Shown here: piece by piece, positions 25,167 through 33,948 of the stretch
Layout: each line of letters starts with the position of its first letter
Numbering within the stretch: position 1 is the stretch's first letter
From: a virus
DNA length: 34,130 nucleotides
Virus record (IMG/VR): IMGVR_UViG_3300014962_000002
Location: 1 to 34,130 of that record
Direction: 5' to 3' (one strand)
Position numbers and translations under genes: made by a program
The notes under the pieces: generated by a model
The model's database searches: none
What the model saw: only the letters and a program-made list of their open reading frames with translations
Told to the model about the DNA's origin: nothing

Positions 25167-25787
25167 ATGAATAACTTATCAATTTATCAGAAACTAAGCG
25201 TAACCCCACAAGAAGCAAGAAAAGAAATCGGGGCAGGTAGGTTAAAAGGTATGACCGACATTAATCCGATGTGGAGGATTAAAATGCTAACAGAAACCTT
25301 TGGAATCTGTGGTATAGGGTGGAAGTATGTTATTACTTCAAAACGTCTTGAACGTGGCTGTAATGACCAAATAAGCGCATTCGTGGACGTTGATTTGTTT
25401 ATTAAAGTAGATGGCACTTGGTCTGATGCTATTCAAGGTACGGGAGGGGCTTCATTTGTAGCTAATGAAAAAAACGGATTATATCAGAATGACGAATGTT
25501 TTAAGATGGCTTTAACAGATGCCTTAGGGATTGCTTGTAAAGCGTTGGGTATGAGTGCTGATATTTACTTTGCTAAAGATAGAAGTAAGTATGATGTACA
25601 AGGTGAACCTAAACCAAAAGAACAAGTTAAACCGAACGACAAAGAATATCTTGAGTTAGAAATCAAAGTTAACAACTGCAATAATTTAGAGGAATTGACT
25701 TTGCTTTATGATGTAGAAAAACCTAACACAGCCCCAAAGACTGCTTTATTCACCAACAGAAAACTTCAACTCAATGGAAGCAAGTAG
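25167..25787 (+). CDS. single-strand annealing protein, Rad52/Sak-like (DUF1071-type)
   Basis: GAGRLKGMTDINPMWRIKMLTETFGICGIGWKY and the later KMALTDALGIACKALGMSADIY; adjacent to a YqaJ-type exonuclease. Confidence 0.55.
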   Translation: MNNLSIYQKLSVTPQEARKEIGAGRLKGMTDINPMWRIKMLTETFGICGIGWKYVITSKRLERGCNDQISAFVDVDLFIKVDGTWSDAIQGTGGASFVANEKNGLYQNDECFKMALTDALGIACKALGMSADIYFAKDRSKYDVQGEPKPKEQVKPNDKEYLELEIKVNNCNNLEELTLLYDVEKPNTAPKTALFTNRKLQLNGSK

Positions 25788-26499
25788 GTCAGGAATGTTC
25801 ACCGCTTCGAGAATATCGGAACTAATGGCAAGCGGTACTGGTAAGACTCGGCTTAATTATATCTTTGACATAGCAGATGAACTTATAAACGGCTCTAAAG
25901 ACTTTGAAACTAAAGCAATGCAACATGGTACTATCAATCAATACGATGCTTTTGATATTGCTTTTAGACCAAAACTTGGGGGAACTTGGTATGACAAATT
26001 TATTAAGGTTAATGATAAGTTGGGCGCATCTCCCGATATTCTCGGCTTTGATTTTGTCGGGGATATTAAATGCCCTTACTCAATACATAACTTTTTCGAG
26101 CAAAGGGATAAACTGCCTAAAAAGTACATTTATCAATCACAAGTTCAAATGATGGCTGCAAAGGTTGATGTTGGTTATATGTGTTTATACCTGACTAAAC
26201 CCGAAGAATTTGGGATTGATTGGGTTGAATATCCTTTTACTGTTGATGAAAGAACTTACATCCATGAGATTAAATTTAGCCAAGAACTAGAAGAAAACAT
26301 TTTAAAGGCAGTAGAAAACAATCACCCTTTAATTGGGCAATGTGTGGAACTTTTAAACACCGCTACCGAATTAACGGACATTGAATTTTACCGCAGTCAA
26401 TACGATGGAATTAGGTATAACCTTTTAAAAGATACTAATTGGATTAATAAAGAAACTTGTATCAGATTCCAAAACAAATATTACACACAAATTAAATAA
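25774..26499 (+). CDS. YqaJ/lambda-Exo-like PD-(D/E)XK recombination exonuclease
   Basis: GASPDILGFDFVGDIKCP and YIYQSQVQMMAAKVD motifs. Confidence 0.7.
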   Translation: MEASRSGMFTASRISELMASGTGKTRLNYIFDIADELINGSKDFETKAMQHGTINQYDAFDIAFRPKLGGTWYDKFIKVNDKLGASPDILGFDFVGDIKCPYSIHNFFEQRDKLPKKYIYQSQVQMMAAKVDVGYMCLYLTKPEEFGIDWVEYPFTVDERTYIHEIKFSQELEENILKAVENNHPLIGQCVELLNTATELTDIEFYRSQYDGIRYNLLKDTNWINKETCIRFQNKYYTQIK

Positions 26500-26517
26500 C
26501 AACTAAAACTAAAAATC

Positions 26518-26694
26518 ATGCAAACATTTCACATTTTATTTTTCCCGACAAAAGATTCAACTTTTTGTTCTGGAGTTAACATTGAAGCCAAAGACCCTAT
26601 ACACGCACTAATTATCTTTTACCATCACCATTGGCAAGAAGGTAATGTATTCATCTCATGTTCAAATATCTCTGTAATTCCTAAATGTAAATAA
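26518..26694 (+). CDS. hypothetical protein, 58 aa, not in the ORF track
   Basis: Hand translation starts MQTFHILFFPTKDSTFCSG...; fills the gap between flanking genes. Confidence 0.4.
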   Translation: MQTFHILFFPTKDSTFCSGVNIEAKDPIHALIIFYHHHWQEGNVFISCSNISVIPKCK

Positions 26695-26697
26695 ATC

Positions 26698-26916
26698 ATG
26701 AAACACAAATCAATACTTGAAGCCGTTGAATGGCACTTGAAGAAAAGAGGTAGTATAACACAGTTACAATGCTTAGGTTACTATGGATCATGGCGACTTT
26801 CCCACTACATCTATGTTCTTAAAAAACGAGGACTAAACATTGAAAGTAAGTCCTTAAAAGTCAAGACAAGATTTGGCGCAGTTACTAATGTGGCTAAGTA
26901 CATTCTTATTAAATAA
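26698..26916 (+). CDS. winged-helix/HTH protein (HTH_39-like)
   Basis: GSITQLQCLGYYGSWRLSHYIYVLKKRGLNIES....K.RFG....AKY pattern. Confidence 0.5.
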   Translation: MKHKSILEAVEWHLKKRGSITQLQCLGYYGSWRLSHYIYVLKKRGLNIESKSLKVKTRFGAVTNVAKYILIK

Positions 26917-26933
26917 CTAATTAAAACTAACCA

Positions 26934-29132
26934 ATGAAAGACTATAATGAGTTTTTAAAATCTAAAGTAAAAAACCTAATTAATTCAGGTTTTCAAATTA
27001 GCCAAGATGCCTTGAATAAAAATCTATTCCCTTTTCAAAGATTCATAGTACAACGTGCTTTAAAGGCGGGTAAGTATGCAATTTTCGCAGATTGTGGATT
27101 AGGTAAAACATTAATGCAGCTAAGTTGGGCGCATGAAGTAAGCAAACAAACAAGTAAGCCAGTACTTATACTTGCACCATTAGCAGTAGCAGGTCAAACA
27201 ATAAAAGAGGGTTTGAAGTTCGGTATTGAAGTTGAAAAATTAAATAGCAATGTTTGTGATGCTTACGGCATTTATATAATCAATTACGAACAACTTGAGA
27301 ATATAGATTGTAGTTTATTTTCGGGAGTTGTACTTGATGAAAGTAGTATATTAAAGAACTTCACGGGCGTTTATAAAAACTTAATCATTGAGAAATTTGG
27401 ATATACTAATTACAAATTAGCTTGCACCGCTACGCCTGCACCTAACGACTTAAACGAAATAGGCAACCACTCTGAATTTCTCGATGTAATGGATGCGAAT
27501 GATATGCGAATGCGTTGGTTTGTTCGTGATGAAGGGATGAATAACTATCGACTAAAAGGTCATGCTGAAAGTGATTTTTACGGCTGGATTGCATCTTGGG
27601 CAAGTGTTTTAAGGAGTCCTGAAGATATTGGATTTGATGCTTCAGATTATAAGCTACCTGAATTGAATTATTTTGAAAAGCAAATTACAACTGGCAAAAA
27701 AGAAAACGGTAAATTATTCAATGATACTTCGGTTAATGCTACTGATTTTAACAAAGAACTTCGATTAACTATTATACCACGTTTAGAAGCAGTTGCAGAA
27801 ATAGTTAATAATTCAAATGAGCCGTTTATTATTTGGGTTAATCAAAATGAGGAAGAGGAAAAGATACTTCAATTAATACCAGATGCAGTAAATGTAAGAG
27901 GTGATATGAAGCAAGAACTAAAAGAAAGTAGGCTTTTAGGATTTGCTAAAGGTGAATTCAGAGTTTTAGTAACAAAGAAAAAAATTGCTCAATTTGGACT
28001 TAATTATCAACATTGCAGAAATCAAATCTTTGCTTCATTAGACTTTAGTTTTGAAGGTCTTTACCAATCAATTAGGCGTTCATATCGTTTCGGGCAAAAA
28101 CAAAAAGTAAATATTTATTTAGTAACTACCGATACAATGACAAACGTCATTCAATCAATCAACAATAAACAAGCACAATTTAATAAAATGATGGAACAAA
28201 TCACACAAAACGTAAACGCTAAAGAATACGGATTAAAATTCGACTATAATAGACGTGAGGTGAAAACAGATGAGTACCACATAATTAATGGGGATAGTTG
28301 CGATTTGATTAAAGAAATCCCAAGCAATTCAATTGATTTAAGCGTATTCAGTCCACCATTCAGCACTCTATTTACTTACTCAGATAATATTAGAGATATG
28401 GGTAATTGTGTAAGTGATGAAGAGTTTTTCGAGCAACAAAAGTACCTTTTAAAAGAGCTTTACAGAATAATTAAGCCAGGCAGATTAGTTTGTGTTCACT
28501 CTAAAGATTTAGCACGCTATAAAAATAGTAGTGGTTTTAGTGGAATGTGGGATTTTACAGGAGAATATCACAGAGCTATGGAAAGTGTAGGTTTTAAGTA
28601 TCATTCTAAAGTTACGATTTGGATAGATCCAGTACTTGAAATGCAACGGACCAAAACACAAAGATTACTATACAAACAAGTAACGTCAGATTCAAGTTAT
28701 ACGGGAATAGGCATGCCTGAGTATATTACTATATTCCGTAAATGGGAAGGTAATGAGGATGAATGGACACCGATAACGAATAAAACAAAACAAAACTTTG
28801 ATTTAAACACTTGGCAAAAATGGGCAAGTCCTGTATGGATGGACATTAAAAGAACTAATGTTCTAAACAACTACAAAGGCGCAAAGAATGAAAAAGATGA
28901 GAAACATATTGCACCATTACAATTAGATATAATTGAACGTTGTATTGCCTTGTGGAGTAACAAAGGGGAAACGATATTCACTCCATTTTTGGGAATTGGT
29001 AGCGAAGTTTTCCAAGCGGTAAAGATGGGTAGGAAGGGAATAGGATTTGAACTTAAAGAGAGTTATTTTGATTTAGCAAAAAAGAATCTTAATTCAGTTT
29101 TGCAAGAACAAAATCAAACATCTTTATTTTAG
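26934..29132 (+). CDS. SNF2-type helicase fused to an amino-DNA methyltransferase (beta-class, SPPF motif IV)
   Basis: The N-terminal half has DCGLGKT, VLDESS and QSIRRSYRFGQ. The C-terminal half has DLSVFSPPF (SPPF at 28350-28361) followed by FTPFLGIGSE (FxGxG). Confidence 0.8.
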   Translation: MKDYNEFLKSKVKNLINSGFQISQDALNKNLFPFQRFIVQRALKAGKYAIFADCGLGKTLMQLSWAHEVSKQTSKPVLILAPLAVAGQTIKEGLKFGIEVEKLNSNVCDAYGIYIINYEQLENIDCSLFSGVVLDESSILKNFTGVYKNLIIEKFGYTNYKLACTATPAPNDLNEIGNHSEFLDVMDANDMRMRWFVRDEGMNNYRLKGHAESDFYGWIASWASVLRSPEDIGFDASDYKLPELNYFEKQITTGKKENGKLFNDTSVNATDFNKELRLTIIPRLEAVAEIVNNSNEPFIIWVNQNEEEEKILQLIPDAVNVRGDMKQELKESRLLGFAKGEFRVLVTKKKIAQFGLNYQHCRNQIFASLDFSFEGLYQSIRRSYRFGQKQKVNIYLVTTDTMTNVIQSINNKQAQFNKMMEQITQNVNAKEYGLKFDYNRREVKTDEYHIINGDSCDLIKEIPSNSIDLSVFSPPFSTLFTYSDNIRDMGNCVSDEEFFEQQKYLLKELYRIIKPGRLVCVHSKDLARYKNSSGFSGMWDFTGEYHRAMESVGFKYHSKVTIWIDPVLEMQRTKTQRLLYKQVTSDSSYTGIGMPEYITIFRKWEGNEDEWTPITNKTKQNFDLNTWQKWASPVWMDIKRTNVLNNYKGAKNEKDEKHIAPLQLDIIERCIALWSNKGETIFTPFLGIGSEVFQAVKMGRKGIGFELKESYFDLAKKNLNSVLQEQNQTSLF

Positions 29133-29143
29133 TTTATTCTTTG

Positions 29144-29151
29144 TATATTTG
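29144..29151 (+). promoter_or_regulatory. Candidate -7 box TATATTTG
   Basis: Matches TAnnTTTG; no exact -33 TTTG at the expected spacing. Confidence 0.3.
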
Positions 29152-29193
29152 CCAAATCATTTGAGTAAGACCAAATGCGAAAACGAAATTCTT

Positions 29194-29269
29194 GCCTCTA
29201 AAGGCTTAGTGTGTTGGTAACATAGGTTATCGGCAGTCTTACCACTAAGCATCTTTAGGGGCTTTTTTT
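29194..29269 (+). terminator. Long structured hairpin plus U-tract (terminator and/or 3' domain of a small RNA)
   Basis: cctctaaag (29195-203) pairs with ctttagggg (29253-61), gcttagtg (29204-11) with cactaagc (29243-50), and gtaa (29217-20) with ttac (29039+200=29239-42). The hairpin is followed by cttttttt. Confidence 0.7.
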
Positions 29270-29309
29270 ATCTCAAAAAGTTATTGGTATCCTTTAAACC
29301 ATTATTATT

Positions 29310-29531
29310 ATGGCAAGAGTTAGAACCGTTTTTTATGGCTCTCAATTATCGGGCGAAGAATTAACAGAACTTAAATGTTTTGTAGATGCTGATAATGAAA
29401 TATCAATATCTATTGAAAACCAAAGCTGTCCACCTCAATATATTTGGCTTGACAAAGAAACCGCCATTAAGTTAGTTAAACACCTTAAACAGCAAATTGG
29501 GATTATTAACGCTAATCAAAAAGGTGAATAA
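29310..29531 (+). CDS. hypothetical protein, 73 aa
   Basis: ORF; TAATG overlap with the next gene. Confidence 0.6.
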   Translation: MARVRTVFYGSQLSGEELTELKCFVDADNEISISIENQSCPPQYIWLDKETAIKLVKHLKQQIGIINANQKGE

Positions 29532-30319
29532 TGAAAGATACATCTATAATCCTAATGAAGGATTGGAAGCCGCTAATAAATGCACTACCTGAATCTGATA
29601 GATGCTATTTCTTTGATTTACTTTTTGAATATGAGTATGGAGTCGAGCAAGTATGTGAAAGACCTATGGTTTTTCCCGTATGGACTTTTGTTCGTAGCCA
29701 ATTAGATAAGATGAAAGAAAAGTATGATAATGTTTGTGAAAAGAATAGAATAAACGGAATGAAAGGAGGAAGACCTACAAACCAAAATAAACCGAAAGAA
29801 ACCGAACAAAACCGAACGGTTATTTTGGAAACCGAAAAAACCCTTAATGATAATGATAAGGATAATAATAAAGATAATGGTAATGATAAGGATAAAGAAA
29901 AAGATAATAATAATGATATTATTTTAAGCGAAATAAATTCGCAAAAAACTGAAATTTTATCTTTAGAAATTGAAAAAGAAAAAGAAAGAAAAAAACTTGC
30001 GCCAAAAAAAGAAAGAAATTTATCCGAACTTCAATACCCTTATCTATCAGAATCATTCATTAATACTTGGGATGTGCTAATAAACGAACCCAAATGGCGT
30101 AAAAAGACAACATCAGCATTACAAGCATCATTAGTACAGCTATCTAAATATAGCGAGCAAATAGCCATAGAAATGATGCTTCAATCAATATCAGGAAACT
30201 ATCAAGGATTATTTGAAATCAAAAAATCAAACAATGGAAAATCAAATTCAGAAATCGACTCTTACAATGCAGACTTGGAAAAAAGAGCTAAACAACTTGC
30301 AGATAACATTGGATTCTAA
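29531..30319 (+). CDS. replication-organizer-like protein with a low-complexity Asn/Asp/Lys linker
   Basis: The N-terminal domain ends in KYDNVCEKNRINGMKGGRP, a pattern I associate with Bacteroidota phage/element replication-associated proteins. The central linker is NDNDKDNNKDNGNDKDKEKDNNND. Confidence 0.4.
   Translation: MKDTSIILMKDWKPLINALPESDRCYFFDLLFEYEYGVEQVCERPMVFPVWTFVRSQLDKMKEKYDNVCEKNRINGMKGGRPTNQNKPKETEQNRTVILETEKTLNDNDKDNNKDNGNDKDKEKDNNNDIILSEINSQKTEILSLEIEKEKERKKLAPKKERNLSELQYPYLSESFINTWDVLINEPKWRKKTTSALQASLVQLSKYSEQIAIEMMLQSISGNYQGLFEIKKSNNGKSNSEIDSYNADLEKRAKQLADNIGF
29789..29836. repeat. Four AAACCGAA repeats in 10-bp register
   Basis: aaaccgaa starts at 29789, 29799, 29809 and 29829. 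Confidence 0.85.
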
Positions 30320-30851
30320 TTTATCTGATATTAATAAAATGTGCTTGCCTTCAATCTCGGTCTTAAATAAAAATCAACAAAGCAAAGAAAATGGGATAAT
30401 TGTTTTTGAACTTATGGTTAAAAGTATCTGTGATTTTATCGGATTAGAATTTAACCAAAATCAAAGAAGAGAATTAGCTGTTATATTATTCGATAATTAT
30501 CATTATTGGAACTTAGCAGAAATGAAACTATTTTCTTTGCGAATGAAAACAAACTACTATAAAGATTTATTTGGTTGGTCAAAATTAAATCCTTCGCATC
30601 TTATAGAAATAGCTGCTGAATTTAACTCGGATATTCTAAAAGAAAGAGCAAATTATCACGCTAACAAAAAGACTGAATCTGTTGAAAATATGAAGTATGT
30701 ACCAAAAGAAAAAGTCATTCAAGCACTTAAAGAATTAGTTACAAGTATGACTGAGAAAGAAAAAAAGAAAAGTGAAGAAATAGATGCAGAAAATGAACGA
30801 AGAAAGAAAATTATTGAAAACAAAAGAAAACAATGGGAGTGTAAATTATGA
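30213..30851 (+). CDS. hypothetical replication-module protein (start uncertain; ATG 30339 avoids overlap)
   Basis: ORF; in-frame ATGs at 30213, 30234, 30267 and 30339. Confidence 0.55.
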   Translation: MKSKNQTMENQIQKSTLTMQTWKKELNNLQITLDSNLSDINKMCLPSISVLNKNQQSKENGIIVFELMVKSICDFIGLEFNQNQRRELAVILFDNYHYWNLAEMKLFSLRMKTNYYKDLFGWSKLNPSHLIEIAAEFNSDILKERANYHANKKTESVENMKYVPKEKVIQALKELVTSMTEKEKKKSEEIDAENERRKKIIENKRKQWECKL

Positions 30852-31210
30852 CTACTTACGAAATCAATCTATCAATTATTCCTGAATTGGAAATCATTGA
30901 AACCGTTTATTTAGCTTGTGGAGTTGAATATAACGATTTAAATCTTTTGCTTAGAAAAGAAAAATGTGTTATGGCTAAGTTTATTAGTGTGTTTTTGCTT
31001 GAGAAAAAGAAAACTAAACGTAAAACAATATGTGAATTACTAGGCTATAAAGACCATACAACGCTTATCCATGCTTTGAAAGTAATTGATTTTAGGCTTA
31101 AAAACTTCCACGAGTATAAAGTTTCATTCATGGTAGCAATGGAGATGTTAGAGTTAAGAATAATGAAACAACAACAGCCTATTACTTACTCTTTTCAATC
31201 AATTTCATAA
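30848..31210 (+). CDS. DnaA domain IV-like HTH DNA-binding protein
   Basis: MAKFISVFLL.......KTICELLGYKDHTTLIHALKVI resembles the DnaA C-terminal domain pattern (iamyL...t..Sl.eIG..fg.rdHsTV.ha..ki). Confidence 0.5.
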   Translation: MTTYEINLSIIPELEIIETVYLACGVEYNDLNLLLRKEKCVMAKFISVFLLEKKKTKRKTICELLGYKDHTTLIHALKVIDFRLKNFHEYKVSFMVAMEMLELRIMKQQQPITYSFQSIS

Positions 31211-31225
31211 AACATTTCAGCATCA

Positions 31226-31432
31226 ATGAAAATTCAAGGGACTATTGAATTATGGATAAATGGTCATAGAGTAAGAAAGGCTAAGTATGCTGATAAGTAC
31301 ATAAGAAAGAACCTAATTAAAAACTATTATCACATAAGAGAAAGCTACGAAGAAATTAAAGAATCATTCATTTTAATCAAACCAAATTATGGCTATAAAA
31401 ATATTAATCAGAAACGAATCACCAATAAGTAA
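31226..31432 (+). CDS. hypothetical basic protein, 68 aa
   Basis: ORF in array. Confidence 0.5.
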   Translation: MKIQGTIELWINGHRVRKAKYADKYIRKNLIKNYYHIRESYEEIKESFILIKPNYGYKNINQKRITNK

Positions 31433-32171
31433 GCAAAACGCTGAATGGCTTAGAGAAAATTATGGTAACGCTTCATGTATCGAATTAGTAACTAAGTTGA
31501 ATAAATCAATGACTTCAATACACGCCTTTGTAAGGAAGCAAAAAGCAAAAGGTATTGAATATCCACTTAGACATCAATCGGTAAGTAAAGACCGTAAAGA
31601 AGCCGATAAAATGACTCCTATAAAATATCGAACTATTACTGATGAAGAGTTAAAATGGATAACAGATAATTGGAATAAAAAGTCATTAGTTGAGATTGCG
31701 GAGCACTTAGATATTCCAAGAAGTACCGCTTATAGTGTTTTAAAGAAAGTTGAAAAGTTAGATCCTAATTTAATTAGAAAACGTTTTGTAATGCCTGAAC
31801 GTCAAGCTGTGAAAAGAAACCCACCTAAACAACACATGATTAAACTAGATGAAACGAAAAGAGAAAAAGTTATTAAAGTTAAAGTGCCTAAAGAACCAAA
31901 GCCAAAAAAACTTCCTAAACTCAAAAAGAAAAAAGTTAGGAAAGAAAGTAAGCCAAAGGAAGTCAAGCAGCTTAAAGCGATTGTTAGAAATCCAAAAGAC
32001 TACTACAAGGTTTTAGTGAACAGAAAGACCAACACAATAGTTGAAGTTCACAAAGACAAAATAAACGACATCGAGTACATGGATAATCTTTACCGAAAAC
32101 ATAACATGACTATTCAAGAAAGATTAAAACAAGAAAGAGAATTACTAACCAAAACAAAAACTAGAATATGA
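31389..32171 (+). CDS. DNA-binding protein with duplicated HTH-like segments and a Lys-rich tail
   Basis: The two segments are ISKQNAEWLRENYGNASCIELVTKLNKSMTSIHAFVRK and ITDEELKWITDNWNKKSLVEIAEHLDIPRSTAYSVLKK. The tail is KVPKEPKPKKLPKLKKKKVRKESKPKE. Confidence 0.5.
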   Translation: MAIKILIRNESPISKQNAEWLRENYGNASCIELVTKLNKSMTSIHAFVRKQKAKGIEYPLRHQSVSKDRKEADKMTPIKYRTITDEELKWITDNWNKKSLVEIAEHLDIPRSTAYSVLKKVEKLDPNLIRKRFVMPERQAVKRNPPKQHMIKLDETKREKVIKVKVPKEPKPKKLPKLKKKKVRKESKPKEVKQLKAIVRNPKDYYKVLVNRKTNTIVEVHKDKINDIEYMDNLYRKHNMTIQERLKQERELLTKTKTRI

Positions 32172-32536
32172 CACAAAAAGACAACGATTATAGCATGGCG
32201 CTATTTGCCGCTTACGTTAATGTTGCGAAAAGAATCGGTGAAAGAATTTATGCAACAGCTCAAAACAAAAAAAAGCTCAATACTGAATGTTCAATGCTTG
32301 AGTTAAACAATAAATTAAAGTATATTGATTCAATAATTAAGACAAAAGTAAAGATTATCAATTACCCTGACTTAATGGAATTATTAGAAGATGAGTTTGC
32401 TGATTCATTTTCTTCTATGATGCACATATGGGCAGCCTTACCTAAAGATAAAAGAGATATAGGCGAGCAACTAATGGAAGCCTTGCAGATGGGTAAACTA
32501 GAACTAGAAAACGATTCTTTGACTATTAAAGATTAA
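32168..32536 (+). CDS. hypothetical protein, 122 aa
   Basis: ORF, ATGA overlap. Confidence 0.6.
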   Translation: MTQKDNDYSMALFAAYVNVAKRIGERIYATAQNKKKLNTECSMLELNNKLKYIDSIIKTKVKIINYPDLMELLEDEFADSFSSMMHIWAALPKDKRDIGEQLMEALQMGKLELENDSLTIKD

Positions 32537-32539
32537 ATC

Positions 32540-32773
32540 ATGAAATTATTTACAGAGGAACAAGTAAGGTCAGCTATATACCTTTCTACTAGCGATGATT
32601 ACAATTCATATTCTCAAATATTAGAACAATTTAAACCAATCGAATTGCCAAGTGATGAAGAAATTGATGATAAGATTTCAAGCATGAATTCTCATTGGAT
32701 ATCTAAAGATGGATGGATTGCAGGAGTTAATTGGTATAAATCACAAATACTAAAACAAATAGAATCATGTTAA
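32540..32773 (+). CDS. hypothetical protein, 77 aa
   Basis: ORF in array. Confidence 0.55.
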   Translation: MKLFTEEQVRSAIYLSTSDDYNSYSQILEQFKPIELPSDEEIDDKISSMNSHWISKDGWIAGVNWYKSQILKQIESC

Positions 32774-32973
32774 CCCCTAAAGAAAAAGCTAAAGAATTAT
32801 ACTATAAATTTATAGGTATTCATTGCGCCCATGATGAATATTGTGAGTCATATATTTGTCCTAACGTAGCGTATAATTGTGCTAAAATAGCAGTAGAGGA
32901 ATGTTTACAAACTTGTGTAGAATCGTCTATTTATTATTGGAAAGAAGTATTAACAGAAATTGAAAGTTTATGA
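32767..32973 (+). CDS. hypothetical Cys-rich protein, 68 aa
   Basis: ORF in array. Confidence 0.55.
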   Translation: MLTPKEKAKELYYKFIGIHCAHDEYCESYICPNVAYNCAKIAVEECLQTCVESSIYYWKEVLTEIESL

Positions 32974-33596
32974 GGTGTAAAAACTGCAAGCGAGAAACTA
33001 AAACTCCTTTTTGTTCGGTTAATTGTTTACAAGAATTTGGCGAAACTGAAAAGGGCAAAGCCTACATTGAACGGATTTCTTTGAACGTTAAAAAAGAACG
33101 TGAGAAAAAAGAAAGAACAATCAGAAAAGAATTAGGGGTTTTAGTTTATGAGAAAGAAAATAAAAAATCCTTGCAGCGAGAAATTAACCGACTTTCAAAA
33201 ATGATTGATGCTAAATGTGGTTATAATACTTGTATTTGTTGCCATCGTGATTTTGGTAAACAAACAGACGCCGCACATTATCATTCAGTAGGTTCTAACC
33301 AAACTTTGAGATTTAACTTGCATAACATTCACTCTGCTTCGTCTTATTGTAACAATTATAGCAATACTCATTTAAGCGGTTATTTAATAGGATTAGAAGC
33401 ACGTTACGGGATTGAATACAAAGATTACGTACTTTCATTGCCACAAGTTTATAATTCGATTAAATTGTCAGCAAAAGACATTCACGATAAATTGATACTT
33501 GTTAGAAGTCTTATAAAAAACTTTGATAGCTACGAATTTACTAATGGGATTGAAGGTAGGGAATTGTTTAATAAAATGATAGTGATATATGTCTAA
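32970..33596 (+). CDS. ninG: NinG/Rap-like recombination protein
   Basis: N-terminal CKNCKRETKTPFCSVNC and central CICCHRDFGKQTDAAHYHSVGSNQTLRFNLHNIHSASSYCN. Confidence 0.65.
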   Translation: MRCKNCKRETKTPFCSVNCLQEFGETEKGKAYIERISLNVKKEREKKERTIRKELGVLVYEKENKKSLQREINRLSKMIDAKCGYNTCICCHRDFGKQTDAAHYHSVGSNQTLRFNLHNIHSASSYCNNYSNTHLSGYLIGLEARYGIEYKDYVLSLPQVYNSIKLSAKDIHDKLILVRSLIKNFDSYEFTNGIEGRELFNKMIVIYV

Positions 33597-33626
33597 AAAA
33601 TAATTTTAAAAAAAAGTGAAAAAAAA

Positions 33627-33657
33627 TTTGCAGTTTTAAAAGTTTAGTGTATCTTTG
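33627..33657 (+). promoter_or_regulatory. Bacteroidota-type promoter P-early2 (TTTG-N19-TAtcTTTG)
   Basis: TTTG at 33627-33630 and TATCTTTG at 33650-33657 with a 19-nt spacer; paralogous to 23629-23659. Confidence 0.75.
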
Positions 33658-33678
33658 TATCAACAAAAGCAAATAACC

Positions 33679-33918
33679 ATGACAACAGTACAAAACATAG
33701 CAAAAAAATTAGTGAAAGCTGGATTAAAAAAAGCAACTACGCAAAGAGTTAATTTTCAAACAATATTTGTTGGAGATTATGAAGCAAGACACTTAAAAGT
33801 TTTCGGATTAAACTGCATAACAGTAACTCCAAAAAACGGAATGACTTGTGAAAGAATACAACAGATACTTTCAGATGAAAATACAGAAATTAAAAACGGA
33901 CTTGTAATAATAAAATAA
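33679..33918 (+). CDS. hypothetical protein, 79 aa (ATG 33679; the track's TTG 33655 lies inside the promoter -7 box)
   Basis: ORF directly downstream of P-early2. Confidence 0.6.
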   Translation: MTTVQNIAKKLVKAGLKKATTQRVNFQTIFVGDYEARHLKVFGLNCITVTPKNGMTCERIQQILSDENTEIKNGLVIIK

Positions 33919-33948
33919 AATGGAATCAAAATTCAAAAGCAAATAACC

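Noticed and set aside
29846-29920. Tandem GAT-AAT/GAT-AAG low-complexity DNA considered as a microsatellite or CRISPR-like array
   Set aside because: There is no repeat-spacer structure. It is in frame and encodes the Asn/Asp/Lys linker of the 29531-30319 product. It is discussed only as a possible AT-rich unwinding element.
31639-31645. Second CUGAUGA heptamer on the plus strand
   Set aside because: It is inside a CDS. The next base is A rather than the G10.1 that opens stem II, and no GAAA with flanking complementary stems is present downstream.
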